DNA from: Vicugna vicugna | Lineage: Eukaryota | Direction: 5' to 3' | DNA length: 64,000 nt | NCBI GenBank assembly: GCA_013265495.1 | Contig: MU063738.1 | Coordinates: 186,001-250,000, forward strand | In this document: positions 11,559-22,085 of the stretch, one piece after another | Position numbering within the stretch: the stretch's first letter is position 1 | Layout: each line of letters opens with the position of its first letter | Position numbers and translations under genes: made by a program | The notes under the pieces: model-generated | What the model was told of the DNA's origin: nothing | What the model saw: only the letters and a program-made list of their open reading frames with translations | The model's database searches: none

Positions 11559-14139
11559 CCGCGCTCCTCTGCAGACGGCGCGCCCGGGCGGAGTCCTGAC
11601 CGCCCGTTCCGAGCGGCCGGCAGGGGTGAGGGGAAAACCCGCGTTGCGACCGTGGTTTCCTCCCTGTACGGGCTGTAAGACCTTGTTCAAGCCGTCTTCT
11701 CTCCCTGGGTCCCACTTTGTACAATAAAACGTGGGAATGGACTCCAAGCGCCTCTACGGTGAGCTGGAGTGTCAGGCCAGGCTGTTAAAAGCAGTCTGAC
11801 ATGCATGGCCTCGGTTGGGGGGCAGTTAGCTTGTAAATGATAGGACTGCGTGACCCTGGGGCCTGGAATCTGGCTCTGGTCTCCCAAAGTCAGTGACCGC
11901 ACCTCTCTCCAGCTCTTTGAACGTCATTATTCCAATACCTCACTGCCCTCTCCACTCAAGCAGAGGCTAGCCTGCGTCTGGGGAGGGGTGGGCTTTTGCG
12001 GTGGGTGGGGTGTTGTCAGCATTAAGTGAGGCTGGAGTAGGCCTCCCTGGAGGGGAGGGGGGTGCATGGAGATTCAAAGTTGTGGGTTGGAGCATGTGTT
12101 AGAGCTGAGCCCCTCACTCATCAGCAGTGGGAGCAGAGGCATGGCAGGGTAGGTTGGGGTGCGACCAGACGCTGGGAAAGTGGCAGAGACTGGCCGCTCT
12201 CCAGAGTTCTGTGTGCTCTGTAGTAGGGTGGCACTGCCTTTCTGGCCTCTTGATTCATCTAAACAATGTCACTACTCTCCTTCTAGAGCTCAGGACACCC
12301 TAGAAATCTCCTTTTGTGTCTCCTTTCCTTCTCTTCCCATCCTTCCCCCAGTTACAGCTCCTCCTTGACCACCATGTATCTTCAAAAACTGATAATCCAT
12401 GCCCTTCAGGGCACTTGGCCGGGCAGAAGGTGTAACTGTCATCCCTGAGTCATCCCAGCTGCCACCTCCTCATGGGATCACTAGGACCCTCCAGGACTTG
12501 ACACTAAAGGGGAAACCCAAGTAACATTCAGGTTGCCTGCTGCCTTCTCTTGGGGGTTTCTCCCCTCAGGCTCCACCCAGGGGTGCCACGTGCCTCCTTG
12601 ATGTCCCTGTTGCCCAGGCTCCCCCTCCCCCAGGTCTGCTCCCCTCCCCTCCTTCCCCCAGCCCCCGCCCCGGGCTGCGGGGGAATGTATTTTGGACAGT
12701 GCTTCTCCTCACTGTTCATAACACCAGGAGGTTCACTGCCTTCCTCACCAGTAGGCAGAACCAGGTCCTGGGAGTAGCATCCGGGTGGGGAGAGATGAGG
12801 CAGACCCTTGGCAGAGGACTACTGTGCACCTGTGGGTACAGAGTTCTTGTGGGTGGGGGAGGAGACCTGGGGGCTTAAACCTCCAGCCCTGGGAGTACCC
12901 ATTGCCCAGGTCCAGTCCTGAAAACCACTGCCAAACGGGGGTAGTTCTGGGGTACAAGGCCAGTTTAGGGGAGCAAGTTGGGCCCCAGTCTCACTGCAGC
13001 GAGCTCCAGACTCTGGTCCTAAAAAGAACTGACCCTCCGCCTCATTTCCTACTGGGCCCAGTGAACATGGATCCATGAGGACTAATTGTAACCCACTCTA
13101 AGGAAGGCGGTCAGCAAGGACTTGGGCTGTGTTGGGTGTGAACCAGTGTCCCATTGGGAACCAGCCCCTGGAAGATACTCAGTAGATGTTTACTGGGCAA
13201 ATGCTGACGGAGGGGACAGTGCACACACGCAATGGGCCTCGTCCGCGGGTGGATGTCGCGGTTGTGTTGTTACAGGGACTCCTGCAGCCCTGCTGGTGGG
13301 GTCCTGAGGGCCCTTCCGCTCTGGCTCTGAGAATCCATGATTCTGTGACCTCTCTTGAGGGGGCCTTCAGGATGGGGCTGGACTGGCAGTGGGCATCTTT
13401 CTTGGGGACACAGAACCTGGTACCTTTCACCCAGCCACCTCTGCTGCCAAGCGTGCCTGTCGACCTTGACAAAGGCAATGGGTCTGTTTCTTGGCTCCTG
13501 GAAACCCTTAATGCGCCCTGGCCTCAGCCTGGCCTGGGCCTCGCTGGCCATCTGTTCAGTGGGGTGATACCCATCTGACTATCGCAGACGCCTTCCAGAA
13601 GTGGGTGCTCGCGGGACCCGGGGTAGGAGGGATGACTGGTTGGTTGCCTTGGGGGGAATGGAGGTAGCGGGGGTGTGAGTTCCAGCTCCAGCTGTTCCTG
13701 TGCTGCGTCCCTGGCTCTGGCCCTGACGCAGATGAATAATTGATGGTGACTAATGGATCGTTGCTCTCGTATGAAATATTCAGCAAGGACCGTGCAGGTT
13801 TGTGTAATCAAATGTTTCATGCTGCCCTGGTGATATGTGTGGGACTCCTGGGTTTCCCTAACTCTCAGAACCGTGGGAGTGGCGGGCACTTCCCCAGAGA
13901 GAGCGTGCTTTGTGCAAGGGGGCTGGTGGGGCAGCCTTCTCAGAGTGAACTTTATGGGGAGAGGGCAGGGCCCATATTCCTCAGTTCTGGGGACTGGACT
14001 TGTCTGCTTTGCAGGCTGTCTGTACTGCCCAGCATTGGGCTGCTGGTGAAACACCTGCAGGGCTGGCAGGAGGCAGCCCGGGGGATGTCTGCGAGGGACT
14101 GGTGGGATGCTGGTGGTGGACAGAGGATGGGGGCACACC

Positions 14140-14260
14140 TCACAATACCCCCTGGGCACTCAAAACAGCCCTGTAGAATGGCCTTATTTTGCAGATGAGG
14201 AAGGACACTCAGAGGGGATAAATGATTTGCCCGAGGTCGTACAGCCGGTGGGTTGTAGAT
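14140..14260 (-). mobile_element. MIR
   Basis: ATTTTGCAGATGAGGAAGGACACTCAGAGGGGATAAATGATTTGCCCGAGGTC. Confidence 0.7.
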
Positions 14261-17200
14261 GATGTCACTGGGACCCCAGGGTAGAATTACTGCCACAGGT
14301 AACCATGTGCTGAGAAGCCTGGCTGGTTCCCGAAAGGATGAGAGGACAGGGGCCTGCACGAGTCCCCCTCCCTTCATTGCCTGTCCCTGCCCCTCCTGAC
14401 CAGCTCTGCAGGGTGGAGGGAGTTGGGGCCCATGTTTAGGGAGGAGGAGAGCCCGGGTTTCACATCAGGGCCCTGGTTCCATGGTGGGGCTGGAGGGGTT
14501 CCCTCACGGAGCCCCGCTCACTCTGTCAGTGTGGGCTTGGCCCCCTTGGAGCTGCTCTGTGAACATTTAACCGTGCAGAGAGTTCCAGACCACAGCCAGA
14601 GTCCGCCTGTCCTGACCCCCTGTGACCTTCCCTCTGTCGCACTGACCCCCATCTCCCATCACCACCAGAGGACGCTGCTTCGGGCATGAGCAGCCGAACT
14701 CACCCCACAGACGTCAGTTCCGAAAGGCCCGAGAGATGGGCCGGTGCCTCTGACCGGCCATTTCCATGTCCCTCAGCTCCTTCCACAGTGAGGAAGTTTT
14801 CCCCAAGCTGCAGGCACCGGGTGTGCATGTCTCCCCTCCAAGGTCTCATGTAACATCGCGGGCAGGGGAGACAGTGAGTACTGCTGGCTTAACAGAGAGG
14901 AAGACTCAATTCGGGATTTGGGCACAGCTGAATCCCTCTGCGGCTGTATCTCATCTCCAGCATGACACATCTGCGCTCACTACTTGGGCCCTGGCCAGGA
15001 GGCCACAGAGGACGTCTGGCAGGATGGCCCCTGCTCCTGCAGCCCTGCGACTGTCCTCCCAGGGCTGGGCAGAGTGTGACAATGCTGGGCGTGAGCAAAA
15101 GCCCTCGTGCACTTTCACCCTCTGATGCCAGGGGTGGCAGAGAAGGGTGCGGGCAGTGAATTTGCCACTTTACAGACGAGGGACCAAGACGGACAGCACC
15201 ATGGGCAGAGTTCACTTGGCCGGTGGGACTGTGGACGCACGTTGGTGTCCCGCCCGCAAGTCCAGGCCTGGGTCTGGGGAGTGATGGTGATCTGGTCCCG
15301 AGCTCTTGCCCACATGGTGCCTCTGTCCTCCCAGCTCTGCTGCAGGAGGGGCGCTGGCTGACACGAGGCTATCCTGCCCCTTCCGTGAACCTGCCCTTGG
15401 GGTCACATTGGCTGGAAAGACAATCTTTCTCCTTATTTCAGCTTTAGTTCAGTGTTCAGTGCAAAGGACTCGGCAGATAGGAAGTCGTGGGGTGGGGGTA
15501 GCCTTTGTCTCAGGTTCCCAAAGGGAAAAGGGAATAGTCGGGAGGAGGCTCTGTTCTCCAAAAAGAAAGCAGACAAGGCTGTTCCCTCCTTGTCACACGC
15601 ACACCTGGCTGTCACCTCCCACGGGCGCTGTCTCTCCAGCATCTGGTTGGGGAGACCCCCTCTCAGGGGCTCTTCTCTGTCTCTGGCAGTTCCTCAGCTG
15701 CCAGCCCAGCTGAAGGCCCACACCACATCCAGCGGGCAGGCATCGGTCTCCTCTCTGCCCCAGGCAGGAGCCCCGTGGAGATGGAGGAGGTGGCGGGGCC
15801 ACCACTCAAATCTGGCACACAGCGGGTCTCAGCTCCCGGTGGTGGGAGTCTGAGGAGCTGAGGAAGCCGGGGACCCTGCTGGAGCACACAGTTGGCCGGG
15901 GCCTTACGAGCCTTACTCAGCAGGTGCTGGGGCAGGAGGTACCCCCGGCACAGCCGCTGCCTCAACCGGCCCGCGGGCCCGAGCACCTCAGCAGAAGGGT
16001 GTGTTGAGACAGATTCATGGGGCACAGCCGGGCAGAGGGAGGCACGGAGCGAAGACTCGGGGGTGAAGGGCTTCAGAGACGAGTGGGGTAGGCTGGGGCC
16101 ATGAGAAGTGGCTGGAGAGGGGCAGGCGGGCCTCGCCAGGAAGGCCACACGTGTGCGTGTGTGTGCGTGTGCACGCGCGTGCAGGCGGACGGGGGTGAGG
16201 GGGGCATTTCGTGCGGGGATCCTCACCCCGGCAGAGAGCTGGGGTCAGGCGGTCGTGGGCGGCGGCCCTGGAGGTGATGGGTGGGCTGGGCCTCTGCCTG
16301 CCCACGCACTGCGGAGTGGAGGGGTGGCTTTCCAGATGACTTGTCGCCTGGCCCCTTGAGGCATCTGGGAGTGGGGAGCTTATGCCGTGGCCCCTCTTTC
16401 TTGGACCTTTGGAGACGCAGCCCAAGGACTCCACCTGCGAGAAGGGAGAGAAATCGTCTGTTTTCCTTGAGACTCCGTCTGTCCAGGGACAGGACAGGAG
16501 GTAGAGGTGATAAGGCGGGAAGGTGACAGGGAGGACTGGGGGCCACGTACCCCTGGGCTGGCCCTCTCTGCATGGCTGTGCCTGGCCGGGCCCCGGGGTC
16601 GCCCGCACTCCCCCGGGGAGCACAGCAGCGGGTGAGACCCCAACGACTCGGACCCTCAGAGACTGCTTGCTGATGCCCTCGTCCCTTCGCCTCACTTGCA
16701 GGGACACACTTCCCACACTGTGAGCCTGTTTCCTTGGGTAATGGACCTGGGGAATTTTGCGTTCATTTTTCCCCTGAGCTGTGACAGGCGGGAGGAAATT
16801 TGCCCCGGAAAATGCTTCAGTGTGGATTGAAACAAAACACTGGGTGTATTTTGCAACAGAGCATTTGAAAGGAGAGGTGCAGGCACCTCACCCAGACGCA
16901 CCGGCTTTTAAGGCATGTTTCCTGGACTTTCCTCTCTCCCACAACACGTTCCTTCCTGTGGGCGGGGGCATGACGAGGTGTTGGGTGAAGCACGTGGGAA
17001 GGGCTACGGGTGGAGGAGAAAGGCTGGCTCCAAAGTATGCTTCAGGCAGAGGCAGCGGAGACCTGAGCCCTGCGATGCCAGGATGGTGGTGACGCAGGGA
17101 CGTGGAAGAAAGCGTGCGGATGGTTAATGCCTGGACCTCTGGTGGCTCTGCTGCACGCAAGCTCCTGTGGGTGAGCATGTGAGCAGCGGGGCCTAGGACG

Positions 17201-17824
17201 GGGGTCTCGGTGGGTGGGATCAGTGTGCCTCACTTCACACCCCCTCCGCTTCTCATGACCAGAGAGCGGGTCTCACCTGCCAGGTGGGTGGGAAATGTTC
17301 TAGTTCACTTCACTTCTTAGGAGGAAAAAATGCTGTTTGTCCCAACAGTTGCTTCCTCGGTGGAGAGGGCCCGAGTTCCCAGAGCCCAGAGGGAGCACTG
17401 CCTCTCTCGCACGCTGTGGGGGGGCCAGGAGCGCCCCCCACCCCTGGTGCCTTCTTGTCATGCTGCTGCCCTCATCCCTCCTGGTCCAGGCGGGGCTCCT
17501 AGTCACTCCCCTGATGCAGCCCCCCCTGCTGCCCACCTTCGGAGCAGGTCCCCACCTCCACCCACCCAAATGCTGTTTCCTGGAGGGTGTCGGGGGGCCG
17601 GGCTGGAGGGAGGGGTTCAGTTGAGATGCCGGGAGCCCGGGAGTAAGCTGGAGGCCTGAGAAACATGAGAGGTTCAGGAGGGGCCAGCGGAGGTCACTCC
17701 CCTCGCCTGAGCCCGGGGCTGTCCCGGGACGAGCGGCCAGGTGCAGTGGCACACTGGGGACCACCCCCTGTGGACAAGCTTGAGCACATGCCAAGCTCTT
17801 CTTAACGATGTTTGGCTGACATGC

Positions 17825-18580
17825 CATGCCAACACAGAAAAGTGCACAGATCACAAGAGTACAGTCGGGTGAATATTCACAGACGGAGCTCGCCCATGGA
17901 GCCTGTGGCCAGACCGAGAGGCAGAGAACCCCAGCCCCGAGGGAGGGGCGATCGGGGCAGCCGGGATGCCTCCGCCTCCCCAGCCACAGCTTCTCGCACC
18001 AGCCGTCAGCCTCTCCCATTCTGAGCTGGACTAGTACGGCCCCAGGGCCCTCCTCTGTGACAGCCTTCGTTCACCCAGAGCCATGTTTGCGATGCTCACC
18101 GTGTCGCTGTGCGTGGCTCCGTTTATTTCTTTGCGTCGCCGTGTCACGCTCTGCTGAGATGACGCCCCTCCGCTTACTGGTCCGTTTCTCCCGTCGCTGA
18201 GCTCTGGGCAGGCTCCGGTTAGTCCTGCTCCTGCTGGGACGGGGTGCGTGTGTTGTGTTTTGTCATCAAGGTTACATTGCACGCTTTCCAGAATGCTCTT
18301 GCCAGTTCCTGCTCCCGCTGGCAGTGACATTTCGTCCCTGTGCTCCGTGTTCTTGTCAACACTTAGTATTTTCTGTCCTTTTGTTTTAGCCATTCTGGTG
18401 AGTGAGTGTGTCTCTCCTTTGATTTCAACATGCATTTCCCTGATGACTGAGACTTTGAGCCCCTTTACATGGACCTGTTGGCCCTTCTGGAAGTCACTGT
18501 TTTCGGCTTCTGCTCACTTCCCACGGGTTGCACCTGTCTTCTCCTTATCCATCTGTGGGTACCTCCCCCATGTCCTTTGA
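17825..18580 (-). mobile_element. Ancient L1M (L1ME-like) 3' fragment
   Basis: ACAGAAAAGTGCACAGATCACAAGAGTACAG... is a typical reverse-complemented L1ME 3' end. The minus-strand ORF 18031-18435 (MHVEIKGETHSLTRMAKTK...) resembles the decayed ORF2 C-terminus MQIKTTMRYHLTPVRMA... Confidence 0.8.
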
Positions 18581-19193
18581 AGGCTGGGCCTGTGCTGCTG
18601 CACATGTGGTTTTCCTCCTAAAACAGGAGGCCAGGGAGGCTTGGGCCCGGGATCTGCTGGTTAATTGACTTTTTCCTGGTTCCCACCCTCCCCTGTTGGA
18701 TCAGGTCCCTGCTCTTCCGGAGAGTAGGCTGGTCTGACCCTGGGTTGAAATGTCACGTAGTAACTGAGGGGACAAGTGGAGGGGGACGCGCCCACACCCA
18801 GCCCCCACCCGCGGCTCCCCCACTCCCGGAACTCCACTCTCAGGAGCCTTTGGGGTTTTCAGATCTACCCGCTCTGGCTCCAGACGACATCCAGCGCCTC
18901 GCCTCTGGGACCCGTGGCCCTTCTTGTCTGTCTGCTTCCTTGCGCGATTGGTTCTGTTCTGTTGTAACACCACTGCTGTGTGTCTTGCTGCTTGACTTTC
19001 TGTGCTGGTGCCCAGTCTCCCTGAGGTGGTGGGGCCTCTGTGTCCCCCCGCACCTGGCGCAGTGTGGGCACCTGCTTGAGCCAGGAATGGGGGGGCAGCC
19101 AGAGGTTGGGTCGCAGGGCAGCCCCCTCTGTCCACCCTCAGTCAGCCAGACGCCCTCCTGTGTGCCCGCTGCGGGCCGGCTCTGTGCTGGCTG

Positions 19194-19369
19194 GAGGGGT
19201 GCCACAGTGACAGGCTCTGGCCCTGCAAGAGGCTGGGCTCAGTGGGGACGCGAATGGGGCCCAAGGAGCCAGGAGGTGGTGCTGAGGGGTGCCACACAGG
19301 CTCTGGCCCTGCAAGAGGCTGGGCTCAGTGGGGCCGTGAATGGGGCCCAAGGAGCCAGGAGGTGGTGCT
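19194..19369. repeat. Tandem duplication, units of 90 and 86 bp
   Basis: Units 19194-19283 and 19284-19369 differ by one 4-bp indel and two substitutions. Confidence 0.95.
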
Positions 19370-21769
19370 GGAGGGAGGGTGGGCTGGGGAGACCTGACTG
19401 GGGCTGCAGCCCGGCCTCATCAGGAGGTGCTGTGACCGCAGGCTCCACAGTTGGCTCGTTGACGGGCGGTTGATGAGGTTGCATCTCAGATGTGACCCTG
19501 CCCAAGGCTCACAGCTGCTCTCGGGAAAGCTCTGCACCACGGACCCCACTTCCCACCTCACAGGGAGGCAATGCTGGGGCGTGGGCAGCTCAGTGCCTCA
19601 CACTTTCCTGCTGGGACGGCCACCAGGGCACATCGGGGGTCAGGTCAGCATCACTGCCCGCAGAACTCCCGGGATGGCCCATCGCACGCCGGCTCTGCCC
19701 TCTGGTCTGCAGCCCTGGCGGCTGAAGGACGTTCAGCGGGGCCTCTGGAGAGTCTACCTAACGTCCTAAGTGGACCCTGCTCTGGGATTCCTCCTGCTAA
19801 ACACGGGGCCACCAGCAGGGAGGCAGGCGTGTGTCTAGCTCCCATCCCAGGGCCCTTCCCTCTGAGCCCCTTCTCACCCCTAGGGCCACTGGGCCTGAGG
19901 GGATTCCGTGGCCTTGGAGTCAGGCTGGTGGCAGGTGGGCCTTGGGGAGGCTTGGAGAGTCAGGGGCGGCAAGGGAAGGTGGGCCCCGATGCTTGGCCGT
20001 GGCTGGGGGCCCTGTGTGTGCATGTGTGTACTGGTGGCCCTGTGTGTGCCTGTGTGTGCGTGTGTGTGAGTGGGGCTGGGAGTCAGTGGGACACTCGTGG
20101 CCGAGGCACCGTCTTGACGGCATGGCTGTGCTGGTGCCACCGGCACCCAGAGGACTTGGCAGAGCTCTCTGTAGGAGGCATGGCTGTGGACTTTGGGCCC
20201 AGGAGCACCGCGAGATGGCCACGTTTGGGAAGAGACCTCCTCTTGCTCCTCAGACCACCCTGCATACCTGGGCCCCCAGCGGGCGCAGAGCTGTGGACGA
20301 TGCCCCTCTCTGTCCACCTGCCCCCTTGGCTGTGTGTTTCCAGGATGTCGCTGGGTGGACGACCCCACATGTCTGACATGGGCCCAGCTGAGACGGAGGT
20401 TCGGGGTTTGGGTAAATACCCCTCGGGTATGTCCCCCGCCTCTAGCCCCCTCGGTTACCACATGACATTTCACCCCCACTGGCCCTGTGTGTCTGAGGGT
20501 GCATCGCTTACATGGGCAGGTCCCAGGGCTGTGTCTCCAGGGGGCGGAGGCTTCAGCGACAGCCGCGCAACGGCCCATGTCAGTCAGAATCCTCTGACTT
20601 TTCGTGTTTGATCTCAGAAGCTTTATGGTGAGCCATCTGTGCTGCGCGCCGAGACTCAAGCTGAGGGCCACGGCCCTGCCCTCAGGGAGCCCTGTCCTGG
20701 CCCAGCACCACTTCAGCACCAGGAGACAAGTTTAGGAGGTGGAGACACTGGTGGTGCTGAGGACCCCACCCGGAGCTGGTACTTAATAAGCGTTTTGAAG
20801 GAGGAGCAAAGGCCCCCTGAGGAGCAGGGGCGTCCTGGGCAGAGGACCAGGCAGACAGAAGCAGGAGGCGTGAGCAGCACCCGGCCAATGGGGCGAGCGA
20901 CATGAAGGGGCTGGGGCTGGCGCTGGCGTTCTGTCCAATGGGGACGTTGGGAAGTCCTCTCTGGCAGAGATGTGGTTCCTGGCTGGAAGGGGAGCGATGT
21001 GGGGGACAAGGAAGGTGGCTGGGAGGTAGATCCAGCATCTGGGGTTTGGGGCCTGAGACTGTTCCTCCCAAACTGCCTCCAGCTCTCCTCTTCTCTCCAC
21101 TTTGACGCTAGTGCCCACCCCTGCCTCGTCACTGAAGCCTCCCTCTTCCTCCAGGCGCCCTCCCTGCCCCAGCCTGGCTGTGCGAGGGGGGCCTGTCCTG
21201 CTCCGGCATGAGGCCGGCCGCCCCTGGCCCCACCCCACACCCCCATCCCGCTCCCCACCCTCCCAGTCCCCAGTCTGTCCCCTGCCCGCCCTGCCTCCTC
21301 CCTCTGAGGTGGGCGCAAGTTTCTCACCTGTGAATTCACACGCACACACGCACACAGGCGCTGCTGTTGCCCGCCACCTGCCCTCAGCCTCCCCTTCCCC
21401 CGCCGCCGGCCTGCCAGCACTCTAACCCAACACCCCTAACTCTAAGTCCGGACTGGCATGCTCATAGAGACAGGCCCCCATGTTAAAAAGATTCTTTTAT
21501 AAAATTAAAACAGCAGAAAAATATAACAAACATCCATTTTCACAGCATTAACTGTTTGTTTTGTCAGTTTTTATTCTAAATTTTAAAAACAGCACAAGTA
21601 ACATCCCACAGCCTCTCCTTTATACAAATACGCGTGTGGATGGAAAACACCGCAGGTTAGGCCACAGTCCCCGGAGTGTCCCTTCCAGCCCTTCTCCAGT
21701 GAGCAGCGTGGAGCTTGGTGCTTTGATCAGTCACAACACAGTGCCTGGTGATACTTGATAAGACGCCGG

Positions 21770-22085
21770 TGACAGGCCAGCCAGTTCAGTGGCTCAGTTG
21801 ACGACAGTCACTACCTTGCTCAGACTGAACCCAGAGCAGGGCAGCCCGGAGGGTCAGCTGGAGCTGTGCTGGCTGGCTGGGGGCTGACCTGTCCCTCTGG
21901 GAGGGATGCTGGTGGGGTCCACGGACAGGTGTTCCAGGGGGCCAGATGGACACGCATCGCATCCTCGTGCCTCACCTCAGCCACGTAGCATCACTTCTGC
22001 ACAGTCTCTCGGCCACAAAACCCACTGGGACTCGAGGGGAGGACACGACGTGAGACGCAGGTGGGAGGTGGTCTGCCACGCGCAC
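21770..22085 (+). mobile_element. MLT1-type (ERVL-MaLR) solo LTR remnant
   Basis: CCACGTAGCATCACTTCTGCACAGTCTCTCGGCCACAAAA..GGACTCGAGGGGAGG resembles the MLT1 3' motif CACATAGCATCACTTCTGCCACATTCTATTGG..GATTCAAGGGGAGG. Confidence 0.65.

Noticed and set aside
19530-19550. RE1-like CTCTGCACCACGGACCCCACT
   Set aside because: Mismatches at invariant core positions in both half-sites.
19571-20611. 346-aa ORF
   Set aside because: Crosses a TG microsatellite and an LTR-like fragment, starts at TTG, and shows no recognisable protein or codon bias.
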